Positions 8,508 to 18,627 of a stretch of 64,000 nucleotides of DNA are shown piece after piece. The stretch is from Chryseobacterium gleum (lineage in GTDB: Bacteria > Bacteroidota > Bacteroidia > Flavobacteriales_D > Crocinitomicaceae), in the NCBI GenBank assembly GCA_945888625.1, contig CAMDAH010000006.1:45647-109646 (forward strand). Direction: 5' to 3'. Position 1 is the first letter of the stretch. Every line of letters begins with the position of its first letter. The notes under the pieces were generated by a model. It was not told the DNA's origin. It made no database searches and saw nothing but the letters and a program-made list of their open reading frames with translations. The translations under genes were made by a program, and so were the position numbers.

Positions 8508-10790
8508 ATGTCTTATCTCGAAGAATTAAACGAAAGTCAACGCATTGCGGTTGAAAATATATCTGGTCCTACCATGGTAATTGCGGGTGCAGGATCCGGA
8601 AAAACGAGGGTTCTTACGTACCGAATTGCGCACATGTTAGAAAATGATATTGATCCTTTTAATATACTCTCACTTACATTTACTAACAAAGCAGCCAAGG
8701 AAATGTCTGGTCGTATTGGGAAAATATGCGGCGGATCAGATGCGAAAAACATCACCATGGGTACATTTCACTCGGTCTTTTCAAAAATCTTGCGATACAA
8801 TGCAGATCGAATAGGATTTCCGAGCAATTTTGCAATATACGATACCCAAGACAGTAAAAGTTTAATTAAGGATATTATAAAAGAAAACAACCTAGATGAC
8901 AAAACTTACAAACCAGGACAAGTTTTAGGAAGAATTTCAACAGCAAAAAATAATTTAATTTCCCCAGAGGCTTATGCAGACAATGCTGAAATTAGGCAGG
9001 AAGATGTGCAGTCGAAACGAAATGAAATGGCTACTATTTACCGAATATACGCCAACCGTTGCCAACGAGCAGGTGCCATGGACTTTGATGATTTGCTATA
9101 CTTTACAAATGTATTACTTCGCGATTTTCCGGATGTACTGCATTATTATCAGCAAAAATTTCGCTTCATACTTGTGGATGAATACCAAGATACGAACTAT
9201 GCGCAATACCTAATTGTTAAGAAACTCGCTGCAGCTTACGAAAACATTTGTGTTGTAGGAGACGATGCACAAAGTATTTATTCATTTCGGGGAGCAAATA
9301 TTCAAAATATTTTAAATTTCAGAAAAGATTACCCGGACTTCAAACTTTTTAAACTAGAACAGAATTATCGTAGTTCCAAACACATCGTAGAAGCGGCCAA
9401 TAGCGTTATCAAAAGAAATAAAGATCAAATAACTAAACACGTTTGGACAGACAATTCCATTGGTAAAAAAATAGCCGTTGTTCGCACGTTAACAGACAAT
9501 GAGGAGGGAAAGGTAATATCCAACAAAATATTCGATTTAAAACAATCGTCATCGCCTACTTTTAATGATTTTGCCATTTTATACCGAACAAACAAACAAT
9601 CCAGGTCCTTTGAAGAGTCGCTACGAAAACTAAATATTCCTTACAAAATATATGGCGGCATTTCCTTTTACCAACGCAAGGAAATTAAAGATATTCTTGC
9701 CTACTTCCGACTAGCAGGAAATCCAAGGGATGAAGAGGCACTAAAACGTGTTATCAATTATCCTAAAAGAGCTATTGGAAAGACAAGTATTGAAAATATA
9801 ATTATAAGCGCAAACAAGCATGGCGTAAGCATGTGGGAAGTGATTAATGACTTTCAAAGTTACCCTGCCGACATAAACATGCCAACAAAGAATCGCATCT
9901 ACGAATTTATCACTATGATTAACAGTTTTGGTGCTGAAATTAATAAAATAGACGCCTTTTCATTGGCTGAACACATCACCAAATCGACCGGTATTTTTAA
10001 AGAACTAAGCGACGATAAAATAAAAGGAATTGAAGAAGTAGAACGCCTTCAAAACGTGGATGAATTACTTGCAGGTATTCAAGAATTCGTTAAGTCGGGC
10101 GAAGAGGACGACGAACTAAAAACCTTGGCCGATTTTATGGTTGATGTTGCGCTTCTAACGGATACAGATCAAGAAAAGCCAGAGGATAAAAATCATGTGT
10201 CACTTATGACGATTCATGCTAGCAAAGGACTGGAATATCCACATGTTTTTGTGGTTGGCTTGGAGGAAAATCTTTTCCCTTCTCAGATGGCACTTAACAA
10301 TCGCGAAGAATTGGAAGAAGAACGACGGTTATTTTATGTTTCAATAACACGAGCCATGCTAACCTGTACGCTTTCTTATTCGAGTTCCAGGTTTATTTGG
10401 GGGCAACAAATTATGTGTGAACCAAGTCGATTTATCGATGAAATTGACGAACAACACCTCGAATTTGAAACGCCAATGCGAGGACAAGGAAGATCACTTA
10501 TGGGTGGTGGGTTTGAAACTAAATTAAGAGGTGGCCTTAACAAGCCCTTAAATACAGTGTCCCCGAGCCTAACACCCATTGACAAACTACCTAACAATTC
10601 GTCTAGCAATAAAATTGAAAACCTAAAGATAAGAGTTGGAACGAATGTTATCCATGATCGCTTTGGTAAAGGGAGGGTAACTCAATTGGAAAATACAGAT
10701 ACCGATCAAAAAGCCATCATATTTTTTCCAAATCATGGCAGTAAAACAATGTTGTTGGGATTTGCTAAATTGCAAGTGTTGGAAGAATAA
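8508..10790 (+). CDS. uvrD: ATP-dependent DNA helicase, UvrD/PcrA/Rep family
   Basis: 760 aa. Walker A GAGSGKT, motif II VDEYQDTN, the FTNKAA and TIHASKGLE motifs, and a C-terminal Tudor-like tail. Confidence 0.9.
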   Translation: MSYLEELNESQRIAVENISGPTMVIAGAGSGKTRVLTYRIAHMLENDIDPFNILSLTFTNKAAKEMSGRIGKICGGSDAKNITMGTFHSVFSKILRYNADRIGFPSNFAIYDTQDSKSLIKDIIKENNLDDKTYKPGQVLGRISTAKNNLISPEAYADNAEIRQEDVQSKRNEMATIYRIYANRCQRAGAMDFDDLLYFTNVLLRDFPDVLHYYQQKFRFILVDEYQDTNYAQYLIVKKLAAAYENICVVGDDAQSIYSFRGANIQNILNFRKDYPDFKLFKLEQNYRSSKHIVEAANSVIKRNKDQITKHVWTDNSIGKKIAVVRTLTDNEEGKVISNKIFDLKQSSSPTFNDFAILYRTNKQSRSFEESLRKLNIPYKIYGGISFYQRKEIKDILAYFRLAGNPRDEEALKRVINYPKRAIGKTSIENIIISANKHGVSMWEVINDFQSYPADINMPTKNRIYEFITMINSFGAEINKIDAFSLAEHITKSTGIFKELSDDKIKGIEEVERLQNVDELLAGIQEFVKSGEEDDELKTLADFMVDVALLTDTDQEKPEDKNHVSLMTIHASKGLEYPHVFVVGLEENLFPSQMALNNREELEEERRLFYVSITRAMLTCTLSYSSSRFIWGQQIMCEPSRFIDEIDEQHLEFETPMRGQGRSLMGGGFETKLRGGLNKPLNTVSPSLTPIDKLPNNSSSNKIENLKIRVGTNVIHDRFGKGRVTQLENTDTDQKAIIFFPNHGSKTMLLGFAKLQVLEE

Positions 10791-10800
10791 ACAATTAGTG

Positions 10801-12579
10801 TTAGCGCAACCAATAATTAAACTTTGCTAGTTCATCAACCGTATTACTTGGGGTTATAAAAAACTGGGGACGGGTATAGTTTGTTATTTTAACGTCGATG
10901 GAAAACAATAATTCGTCTCGAGCCACTAAAACCTCCACCTCATCGTCAGTGGCTAAACCATTCATCATCGCATCAAACATTGCTTGATCAACCCGGTAAC
11001 CGTTGCAGCCGACCACCTCATCATTTACACTCAAACCAGCGTTCTCAGCCGCCGAAGTAGCACGAATACTTTTCACAATTACTTTACCACCAACATTTTG
11101 CACCGTGGCACCAAAGGAGGGCTTGGTTAATGCATTTTGCATTACCGTTACACCAATTTTTGAAAAATAATTATCGAAAGGAATAATCTCAGTGCCGTAA
11201 ATATACCGACTAAAAAAATCATTCATATTTTCACCAGTAAAAGCAGCCAGTTCATTCTTAAATTCTGCTTCCGTAAAACCGCGTTTTAATTTTTCATGGT
11301 ACGTTTTATATAGGTGCTGCATAAAATCATCCAAGGATTTTTTACCATTGTATTTATTGATGATGATTGCATCAAACACTGCAGCAAGAACGGAACCCTT
11401 AGAATAATAGGACATGGTGGTATTCGCGCTGTTCTCATTAGGTCGATACGCTTTAATCCAAGCATCAAAACTAGCGTGTGCGACAGGTTGAATCCGTGAA
11501 CCTACACTACCCTCCGCGTAGTTTATCAAACTTTGCATTTTAGTAAGGAATTCGGCTTGTGTATAATAACCGGTCCTTAGCATAATAAGTTCATCATAAT
11601 AAGAGGTAAAACCCTCCATGACCCACAATAATGATGTATACACCTCATTGTCGTAATCAAACGGCCCAAGCTCTATTGGTCTGATTCGTTTTACATTCCA
11701 TAAATGGAAATATTCATGGGCGACCAAGTTTAAAAAACCAAGGTACTCCGCACCGGAATAAGTCCAACGATTAACACTTAATGTCGTTGAATTGGAATGT
11801 TCTAATCCTCCCTGACCATCAACCACATTATGAATAATAAATAGGTACTCCTTGTTGGGGTTGAAACCAAAAACAGCTGTTTCCGCCTCAATAATTTTAG
11901 CCATATCCTTTTGTAATTGCGGCACATTAAAATTGGCTTCACCATACATAGCCACCGTATGCTTTACACCTGCTGCGCTAAATAAAAATACTTGTTGATT
12001 ACCGATTTCGATTGGACAATCTACCAAATGATCATAATGATCAAATGTAAAACTTTGGTAACCGCTGCCCTGTTTTTCAAGCGGGGCAAGTGGTAAAGCA
12101 GTACTTATTTTTTTGAATTTCTCGAACGGATAGACCCGTAAAGCACCTTTTGTGTTTTTGGTATTGTCAACGTACATAAAAACGCCAGATCCAGAAACGT
12201 ATCCGTGCGTTAAATCTAAAAATGAAGTTCTAACCGATAATTCAAAGGCATAAACTTCATATTTGATTTTCAATGACTTTAAACCAGACGTATTAATCTC
12301 CCAAGCATTTTTTGCTAGTTTATTGACCAAGAGTTCTTTTCCCTTCTCGTCAAATGCCTTGACAAGATTAATGTTTTTAGCAAATTCACGCACTAAATAA
12401 GAGCCAGGTGCCCAAACCGGCAACTTCAAGACCAGTGATTTTTGGTTTAGTTGAGTCACATCCATCTCCAACTCATAATAATGATTTTGAGGTTTGGGCA
12501 TACGTAATGAATAAACGAGCTCTATCGACCAAGAATAATAAGATACAATTGCAAAGACAATCCCAAATAAGTATTTCAT
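10801..12579 (-). CDS. M61 family metallopeptidase (glycyl aminopeptidase-like) with C-terminal PDZ domain
   Basis: 592 aa. A signal peptide, the HEYFHLWNVKRIRP zinc motif, and a PDZ-like segment (GLSVNDEVVGCNG). Confidence 0.8.
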   Translation of the reverse strand: MKYLFGIVFAIVSYYSWSIELVYSLRMPKPQNHYYELEMDVTQLNQKSLVLKLPVWAPGSYLVREFAKNINLVKAFDEKGKELLVNKLAKNAWEINTSGLKSLKIKYEVYAFELSVRTSFLDLTHGYVSGSGVFMYVDNTKNTKGALRVYPFEKFKKISTALPLAPLEKQGSGYQSFTFDHYDHLVDCPIEIGNQQVFLFSAAGVKHTVAMYGEANFNVPQLQKDMAKIIEAETAVFGFNPNKEYLFIIHNVVDGQGGLEHSNSTTLSVNRWTYSGAEYLGFLNLVAHEYFHLWNVKRIRPIELGPFDYDNEVYTSLLWVMEGFTSYYDELIMLRTGYYTQAEFLTKMQSLINYAEGSVGSRIQPVAHASFDAWIKAYRPNENSANTTMSYYSKGSVLAAVFDAIIINKYNGKKSLDDFMQHLYKTYHEKLKRGFTEAEFKNELAAFTGENMNDFFSRYIYGTEIIPFDNYFSKIGVTVMQNALTKPSFGATVQNVGGKVIVKSIRATSAAENAGLSVNDEVVGCNGYRVDQAMFDAMMNGLATDDEVEVLVARDELLFSIDVKITNYTRPQFFITPSNTVDELAKFNYWLR

Positions 12580-13740
12580 TTAATTAATTTTAATTGTGAT
12601 AGCAACCTCTTTCGCCTTTTGAACCAACTCTTCAACAGCTTGCTGTCCATAGGCCAAGGAAACACCCATTCGCCTATTTACTCGAGTGGAAGGTTTTCCA
12701 AATATACGAACATCTGAATTGGCGTATTTGGCTGCGTCTTCTAGTCCAGAAATAATTGGTATATCCTCCTTGTTATCTGTTGCTAAAATAACTGCGCTCG
12801 CACCATTTCTTTCCAAAATAATTTCATTAACCGGTATTCCCAAAATGGCTCTTGCATGCAATTCAAACTCAGAAAAATTTTGCGTGCGTGCTAAGGTAAC
12901 CATACCCGTATCGTGCGGCCGAGGCGACAACTCAGAAAATACAGCACCCGTTTTTGTAATAAAAAACTCAACACCCCAAATACCATTTCCCCCTAGAGCT
13001 GTGGTGACTGATCTAGCCATCTCCTGTGCCTCAACAAGAAAATTAGCGGGCATCGGCATCGGTTGCCAACTTTCCTGATAATCACCTCGTTCTTGACGAT
13101 GGCCAATTGGTGGACAAAAAAGCGTTTTACCATTTTTTTGAGTAAGTGTTAATAGTGTTATCTCGTAGTCAAAATCAATAAACGCCTCCACAATTACCTC
13201 CTTTACGTCACCCCGAGAACCTTCCATGGCATAGTTCCAAGCACTTTCAATAGCATCAAGCGAACGAATGGTACTTTGTCCCTTACCCGAACTAGACATA
13301 AGCGGTTTAACTACACACGGCAAGCCACAAAAAGCAACACCCGCTTTTAATTCCTCCAAACTGCTTGCATAACGATATTTAGCGGTACTAATTCCCAACT
13401 CTTTTGCCGCTAAATCACGAATTGCCTTTCTATTCATTGTAAAATTAGCTGCTTTGGCACTTGGAACTACATGAATTCCTTGTCTTTCGTATTCATACAA
13501 TCGCTCCGTTCGGATAGCTTCGATTTCGGGAACTATGATGTCGGGATGAAAACGAGCCACCAATTGATCGAGTTCTTCCCCATTCAACATGTCAATAACC
13601 GCAAATTCGTGCGCCACTTGCATGGCCGGGGCATTAGGATAACTATCGACTGCCATGACATACTGCCCCAAGCGTTGACAGGAAATTACAAATTCTTTTC
13701 CAAGTTCGCCCGAACCCAACAGTAAAATGCGCTTTTTCAT
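12580..13740 (-). CDS. purT: formate-dependent phosphoribosylglycinamide formyltransferase (GAR transformylase 2)
   Basis: An ATP-grasp enzyme with [16 protein letters not shown] at the N-terminus. I chose the ATG at 13740 over the TTG-extended track start at 13767, because a -7 box sits at 13745-13752. Confidence 0.9.
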   Translation of the reverse strand: MKKRILLLGSGELGKEFVISCQRLGQYVMAVDSYPNAPAMQVAHEFAVIDMLNGEELDQLVARFHPDIIVPEIEAIRTERLYEYERQGIHVVPSAKAANFTMNRKAIRDLAAKELGISTAKYRYASSLEELKAGVAFCGLPCVVKPLMSSSGKGQSTIRSLDAIESAWNYAMEGSRGDVKEVIVEAFIDFDYEITLLTLTQKNGKTLFCPPIGHRQERGDYQESWQPMPMPANFLVEAQEMARSVTTALGGNGIWGVEFFITKTGAVFSELSPRPHDTGMVTLARTQNFSEFELHARAILGIPVNEIILERNGASAVILATDNKEDIPIISGLEDAAKYANSDVRIFGKPSTRVNRRMGVSLAYGQQAVEELVQKAKEVAITIKIN

Positions 13741-13744
13741 GGGG

Positions 13745-13752
13745 CAAATATA
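13745..13752 (-). promoter_or_regulatory. -7 box (TATATTTG) 4 nt from the purT ATG
   Basis: The minus strand reads TATATTTG-CCCC-ATG. Confidence 0.5.
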
Positions 13753-13827
13753 AAAAGTGTAAACCAAAAAAATTTATTATTTTAGCAATTAATTTGGATA
13801 AGAAATAGTAATATCAACTTTGAATTA

Positions 13828-14592
13828 ATGTTAAGTGAACAATTAAATAATGTGATAAAACTTTTTTCTCCGATCACATTGGAACAAATGGACCGCGTAA
13901 AATTAATGAATCGCATAGATACCAAATTCGCTTTCACAACATCGTTCCTTTTTGAAATACTTCCCCAACTCATCGATAGTTATGATGTAGTCGAAATAAA
14001 TGAACGAAGGACATTAAACTACTTTAGTCAATATTTTGATGACCAAAAACTGAGCTTCTACCACGACCACCACAATGGAAAAACAAACCGTTTCAAAGTA
14101 AGAATTAGACAATATGTCGAATCTAATCTTCAATACCTGGAAATAAAACATAAATTCAAAGGGAGAACAGACAAAAATAGAATGAAGCTAACTTCAATTA
14201 CCCCTTCTTTATCCAATGAAATGTTAAAATTTATAAATGAGAATAACGTTTCAAATTTGTCATTAGTCCCATCGATTGCCAATTCATTCAAGCGAATTAC
14301 ACTTGTCAATAAAACAAAAAATGAACGTCTCACTTTCGATTTTAACCTTGCTTTTAGTAAAGAAAATGACTCGTTTGAATATAATAACCTAGTCATCGCC
14401 GAATTAAAACAAGAAAAATTAGATCGAATGTCCCCTTTTTATGTCGCAATGAAAAATAGACTAATTCGTCCTTATCGCTTAAGTAAATATTGTTTGGGTA
14501 TCATGGCATTTTTCAAACAAGAACAAGTTAAAATAAATCGTTTTAAAAGAAAGTTTTTACAATTACAAAACATAGAAAAACATGCTTGCTAA
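13828..14592 (+). CDS. VTC domain-containing protein (triphosphate tunnel metalloenzyme / polyphosphate-polymerase-like fold)
   Basis: 254 aa. RIDTKFAF near the N-terminus (RxDxK[FY] strand), the basic strand series RFKVRIRQY...YLEIKHKFKGRTDKNR, and a late VIAELK, as in VTC/CYTH-type tunnels. Confidence 0.7.
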   Translation: MLSEQLNNVIKLFSPITLEQMDRVKLMNRIDTKFAFTTSFLFEILPQLIDSYDVVEINERRTLNYFSQYFDDQKLSFYHDHHNGKTNRFKVRIRQYVESNLQYLEIKHKFKGRTDKNRMKLTSITPSLSNEMLKFINENNVSNLSLVPSIANSFKRITLVNKTKNERLTFDFNLAFSKENDSFEYNNLVIAELKQEKLDRMSPFYVAMKNRLIRPYRLSKYCLGIMAFFKQEQVKINRFKRKFLQLQNIEKHAC

Positions 14593-15292
14593 TTTTTTAT
14601 TCCTTGCAAAAGGAACAAACCCTGTTGTAAAAAATACATTCGATACCTTGTTCACATGGGATAATTCAGATATTTATACGCTTCTGGTTCGATTTGGCCT
14701 AAATGCTTTAGTGTTAACAATTGTAATACGATTTCTTTATTATTCTAAAACAAAAAGAAAAGATTATCTCTTTACGTACTACTTAATTGGGTTCATCACA
14801 TTTTTCTTGTGTTTTGGACTAAAGAGACTCGATATTGATACCGGTATGGGACTTGGTTTGTTTGCTATTTTCGGCATAATTCGCTACCGAACAGATGCAA
14901 TTGAAATAAAAGAAATGACTTATTTATTTGTGGTAATTGGTTTAAGTGTTGTGAACGCCCTATTAGCTACCCCATCAGCGCTTAACAAAGACCTTTATCA
15001 AATTAACTTAGTGGAAATGGGCTTAATAAATGTAGCCATCATAGCAATGATTTTTTTGCTAGAATATATTTGGCTCATAAAACACGAGACGAGAAAAACA
15101 ATAAATTACGACCGAATTGATTTAATACACAGCGACCATTACATGGCAATGAAGGAGGATATAGAGAAGAGAACAGGACTACAAATTAACCGATTTGAAG
15201 TTGGTAAAATTGACTTTTTAAACGATACGGCACAAGTAAGAATCTATTATTACGCCGACGAACAAGCCTTATCCGACTACCACACGAATTAA
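14582..15292 (+). CDS. DUF4956-like integral membrane protein
   Basis: 236 aa. About five hydrophobic helices followed by a roughly 60-aa soluble C-terminal domain. It overlaps the VTC gene by 11 nt. This pairing recurs in bacteria. Confidence 0.6.
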   Translation: MLANFLFLAKGTNPVVKNTFDTLFTWDNSDIYTLLVRFGLNALVLTIVIRFLYYSKTKRKDYLFTYYLIGFITFFLCFGLKRLDIDTGMGLGLFAIFGIIRYRTDAIEIKEMTYLFVVIGLSVVNALLATPSALNKDLYQINLVEMGLINVAIIAMIFLLEYIWLIKHETRKTINYDRIDLIHSDHYMAMKEDIEKRTGLQINRFEVGKIDFLNDTAQVRIYYYADEQALSDYHTN

Positions 15293-15332
15293 TTTTAGTT
15301 AATTAAATGATAAGATCTTAAGGAGATTGCGC

Positions 15333-15340
15333 TAACTTTG
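15333..15340 (+). promoter_or_regulatory. -7 box (TAACTTTG) 3 nt from the lpxK ATG
   Basis: The sequence reads TAACTTTG-ACT-ATG. The ORF-track TTG start at 15338 lies inside this box. Confidence 0.5.
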
Positions 15341-15343
15341 ACT

Positions 15344-16372
15344 ATGCTATTGCTTCGTTGGCTTTTATTTCCTTTCGCTATTTTATACGGTGTCGTTGTT
15401 GGTATCCGAAATCAACTTTTTGATACCTACATCCTATCATCACAAACGCCTTCTATACCTTCTATATGTATTGGAAATTTAAGTGTTGGGGGAACGGGAA
15501 AATCACCTATAACGAATTATTTAATTCAACTTTTAAAAGATGAACAACATGTTATTGTTCTCTCAAGAGGCTACGGAAGAAAATCGAAAGGTTTCCGAAT
15601 CGTTAAAGAATCCAATACAAGTCAAGAAGTTGGTGACGAACCGCTTGCCTATAAACTTGAACACAAGCAAGACATAACAGTAGCAATTGCAGAGAAAAGG
15701 TGGTCTGGTATTAAGCAATTAAACCTCGACGATGAAAAATCCGTTTTATTATTAGATGACGCTTTTCAACATCGAGCTGTAAAAACAGGCTTGTCGATAC
15801 TTCTGAGCACGTATACGTCGCCGTTTTACGAAGATTATTTACTCCCTTTTGGTCGATTGAGAGAAGCGCGAAGTGGCGCAAATCGAGCAGATATAATTGT
15901 AATTACAAAGTGTCCTGATACACTCAACGATGATGAAAAAAAGAGTATTTATTCTAATTTATTAAAATATAAAAAACCTGTCTTTTTTTCTAAAATTGTC
16001 TACAGCCCCATACGTGCTATTGGTAAAATCATCACATCTGACATCGAGCATGTACTTCTCGTTAGTGGAATTGCAAATCCAACACCATTATTAAATCATC
16101 TTCAAACAACTTACGAAACCACGCATTTAAACTTCGCTGATCACCACGATTTTAACCCTTTTGACCTCGCTACAATTCATAAAAAATTTGATACCTTTGC
16201 TAAGCAAAAAGCAATTATAGTCACTACATTCAAAGATTATATGCGTTTGAAAAACATATTTGACGAAAAAGAATTAGAGTTATACCCATGGTACATTCAG
16301 GAAATGTCTTTAATTATTGAAAATGAAAATGAATTTAATAAATTAATTAGAAATTATGTTAGAAAAATTTAA
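15344..16372 (+). CDS. lpxK: tetraacyldisaccharide 4'-kinase
   Basis: P-loop GNLSVGGTGKSP and an N-terminal membrane anchor. The start is set to the ATG at 15344. Confidence 0.85.
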   Translation: MLLLRWLLFPFAILYGVVVGIRNQLFDTYILSSQTPSIPSICIGNLSVGGTGKSPITNYLIQLLKDEQHVIVLSRGYGRKSKGFRIVKESNTSQEVGDEPLAYKLEHKQDITVAIAEKRWSGIKQLNLDDEKSVLLLDDAFQHRAVKTGLSILLSTYTSPFYEDYLLPFGRLREARSGANRADIIVITKCPDTLNDDEKKSIYSNLLKYKKPVFFSKIVYSPIRAIGKIITSDIEHVLLVSGIANPTPLLNHLQTTYETTHLNFADHHDFNPFDLATIHKKFDTFAKQKAIIVTTFKDYMRLKNIFDEKELELYPWYIQEMSLIIENENEFNKLIRNYVRKI

Positions 16373-17168
16373 GGAGTCAGTTGCTTATATTAAAAGTCAA
16401 ACTAGTGTTAACCCGACAGTAGGTATTATTCTTGGGACAGGTCTTGGCGGTTTGGTAAAAGAAATCAATATCATAGATGAAATTCCCTACGAAAACATTC
16501 CAAATTTCCCAGTATCAACTGTGGAAAGTCACTCGGGAAAATTAATTTTTGGCGAATTGGGAGGTAAACACGTCGTGGCAATGCAAGGAAGATTTCATTA
16601 TTACGAGGGTTACACCTTGCAACAGGTCACTTTTCCAGTGCGGGTTATGAAATTACTTGGCATAGAGAAACTTTTTGTTTCAAATGCTTCTGGTGGTGTT
16701 AATCCAGCTTTTGAAATTGGAGAAATTATGATCATGAACGACCATATTAATCTTTTTCCTGGGAATCCGTTAATTGGAAAAAATATCGATGAGATGGGCC
16801 CACGATTTCCCGATATGTCGGATGCTTACGATGAGCACATGATTGAATTAGCTGTCGAAATTGCCAAAGAAAATAACATTCGCGTTGCAATAGGTTGCTA
16901 TGCAGGAATGACTGGTCCAACACTTGAAACACCTTCAGAATACAAATATGTGCGGATAATTGGAGCAGATGCTGTAGGTATGTCAACGGTTCCCGAGGTA
17001 ATTGTTGCAAGACACATGGAAATACCTTGTTTTGCCATTTCGATTATTACCGACCTTGGCGTCCCTGGCAAGATTGAAAAAGTAAGTGTGCAAGATGTCA
17101 TTAATGTGGCCAGTAAACAAGAACCGAAAATGACTATCATCATGAAGGAATTAATAGCTCGCATCTAA
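16356..17168 (+). CDS. punA: purine nucleoside phosphorylase (trimeric PNP/PunA type)
   Basis: 270 aa with VESHSGKLIFGELGGKHVVAMQGRFHYYEGY and GADAVGMSTVPEV motifs. It overlaps lpxK by 17 nt. Confidence 0.85.
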   Translation: MLEKFKESVAYIKSQTSVNPTVGIILGTGLGGLVKEINIIDEIPYENIPNFPVSTVESHSGKLIFGELGGKHVVAMQGRFHYYEGYTLQQVTFPVRVMKLLGIEKLFVSNASGGVNPAFEIGEIMIMNDHINLFPGNPLIGKNIDEMGPRFPDMSDAYDEHMIELAVEIAKENNIRVAIGCYAGMTGPTLETPSEYKYVRIIGADAVGMSTVPEVIVARHMEIPCFAISIITDLGVPGKIEKVSVQDVINVASKQEPKMTIIMKELIARI

Positions 17169-17169
17169 C

Positions 17170-18627
17170 ATGGATCAATCTATTCGTGATAAATACGAGG
17201 TAGTTATTGGCTTGGAGGTGCACGCTCAAATGCTAACACAATCAAAGGCGTATTCCAATGATTGTAATGAATTTGGGGCAGTTCCAAACACGAATGTGAG
17301 CCCAATAACGCTTGGTCATCCGGGAACACTGCCGGTCATGAATAAAAAAACAATTGAATTTGCTATTCGACTTGGCCTCTCTTGCCAAAGTAATATCTCT
17401 AGTTCACAGTGCTTTGCACGAAAAAATTATTTTTATCCTGACCTACCCAAAGGGTATCAAATAACACAGGATAAAACGCCCATTTGTGTGGGAGGTCAGG
17501 TCATTATAAAGGACGATGCCGGAAAAGAAAAAATTATCGGTATAACCCGAATACACATGGAAGAAGATGCTGGGAAAAGCATTCATGATGTTGATGTTTA
17601 CGATACTTTAGTGGACTTAAATCGTGCCGGTGTTCCACTACTTGAAATAGTATCTGAACCTGACCTACGTTCATCCAATGAAGCCTACTATTACGTTTCA
17701 GAAATTCGAAAGTTGGTGCGCTACTTGGAAATATGCGACGGAAATATGGAAGAGGGTTCGCTGCGCTGTGATGCGAATATCTCCGTAAATTTGAAAGGCG
17801 CTAACTCTTTTGGTACAAAAGTTGAAGTCAAAAATATGAACTCTATTCGAAATGTTCAAAAAGCAATCGAGTTTGAAGTCATTCGACAAATTGAGGATAT
17901 CGAAAATAACAAAACCATTCGTCAAGAAACACGTTCTTATGATGCGGCAAAAGGCAGTACTATCGCAATGCGAGCTAAAGAAGCAGCAAATGATTACCGT
18001 TATTTTCCGGAGCCTGACCTACCGCCACTGCTCATAACACAGCAACAAATCGATTTAGTGGCTTCGAACATGCCACCTTTGCCCAGAGCGCTCTATCTAA
18101 AATACACCAAGGAGCTTGGTTTGTCGGACTATGACGCTATGAATATAACCGATAATAAATCGATCGCATTATATTTTGAAGAGCTATTGCGCTACACAAA
18201 GAATGCAAAAGCAGCAGCTAATTGGTTGATGGGGGAAATTAAGTCACACTTGAATGAAAATGGAATTGAAATAGTCGACTTTCCAATACATCCAGAGCGA
18301 ATAGCTGCGCTAATTCAGCTGATCGAGGAAGGTAAAATATCTACCTCTGTTGCAACACAGCGTATTTTCCCTGAATTACTTAAAACAGCTAAATCTCCAA
18401 CAGAAATTGCAACCGAACTTAATGTATTTCAGGAGGCCAATACCGATGTGATTGACAACTACATTAACCAAGTTATTGAGGGAAATTCAAGTGAAATTGA
18501 ACGATATAGGAATGGTGAAAAGCAGCTTATTGGTTTTTTTATGGGACAATTAATGAAAGTATCTGCTGGGAAAGCTGATCCCAAAAAAGCAAACGGATTA
18601 TTGCGTACTAAACTCGATTCCTTATGA
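17170..18627 (+). CDS. gatB: Asp-tRNA(Asn)/Glu-tRNA(Gln) amidotransferase subunit B
   Basis: 485 aa with YEVVIGLEVHAQ, NRAGVPLLEIVSEPD and a C-terminal GatB_Yqey domain. Confidence 0.95.
   Translation: MDQSIRDKYEVVIGLEVHAQMLTQSKAYSNDCNEFGAVPNTNVSPITLGHPGTLPVMNKKTIEFAIRLGLSCQSNISSSQCFARKNYFYPDLPKGYQITQDKTPICVGGQVIIKDDAGKEKIIGITRIHMEEDAGKSIHDVDVYDTLVDLNRAGVPLLEIVSEPDLRSSNEAYYYVSEIRKLVRYLEICDGNMEEGSLRCDANISVNLKGANSFGTKVEVKNMNSIRNVQKAIEFEVIRQIEDIENNKTIRQETRSYDAAKGSTIAMRAKEAANDYRYFPEPDLPPLLITQQQIDLVASNMPPLPRALYLKYTKELGLSDYDAMNITDNKSIALYFEELLRYTKNAKAAANWLMGEIKSHLNENGIEIVDFPIHPERIAALIQLIEEGKISTSVATQRIFPELLKTAKSPTEIATELNVFQEANTDVIDNYINQVIEGNSSEIERYRNGEKQLIGFFMGQLMKVSAGKADPKKANGLLRTKLDSL

Noticed and set aside
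12686-13078. 130-aa ORF antisense to purT. Similar nested antisense or alternate-frame ORFs occur at 30335..30676, 30719..30967, 20381..20719, 21573..21899, 22585..22827, 61562..61894 and 43369..43659, among others.
   Set aside because: Each lies entirely within a longer ORF that has clear family motifs on the other strand or frame. Their compositions are typical of shadow ORFs (Pro/Ser/Gly/Ile-rich).
13741-13767. N-terminal extensions in the ORF track that start at TTG/GTG: 13767 purT, 15338 lpxK, 24961 OmpH-like, 25197 small ORF, 28139 methyltransferase, 32932 porin-like, 58624 parB, 60088 dapB
   Set aside because: Reading the codons shows non-ATG starts followed within 2-9 codons by an ATG that gives a canonical N-terminus or signal peptide. 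In four cases (13767, 15338, 25197, 60088) the extension lies inside or upstream of a TAnnTTTG promoter box. I kept non-ATG starts only for lpxH (TTG 20928) and the lipid kinase (GTG 36069), where conserved motifs leave no alternative.
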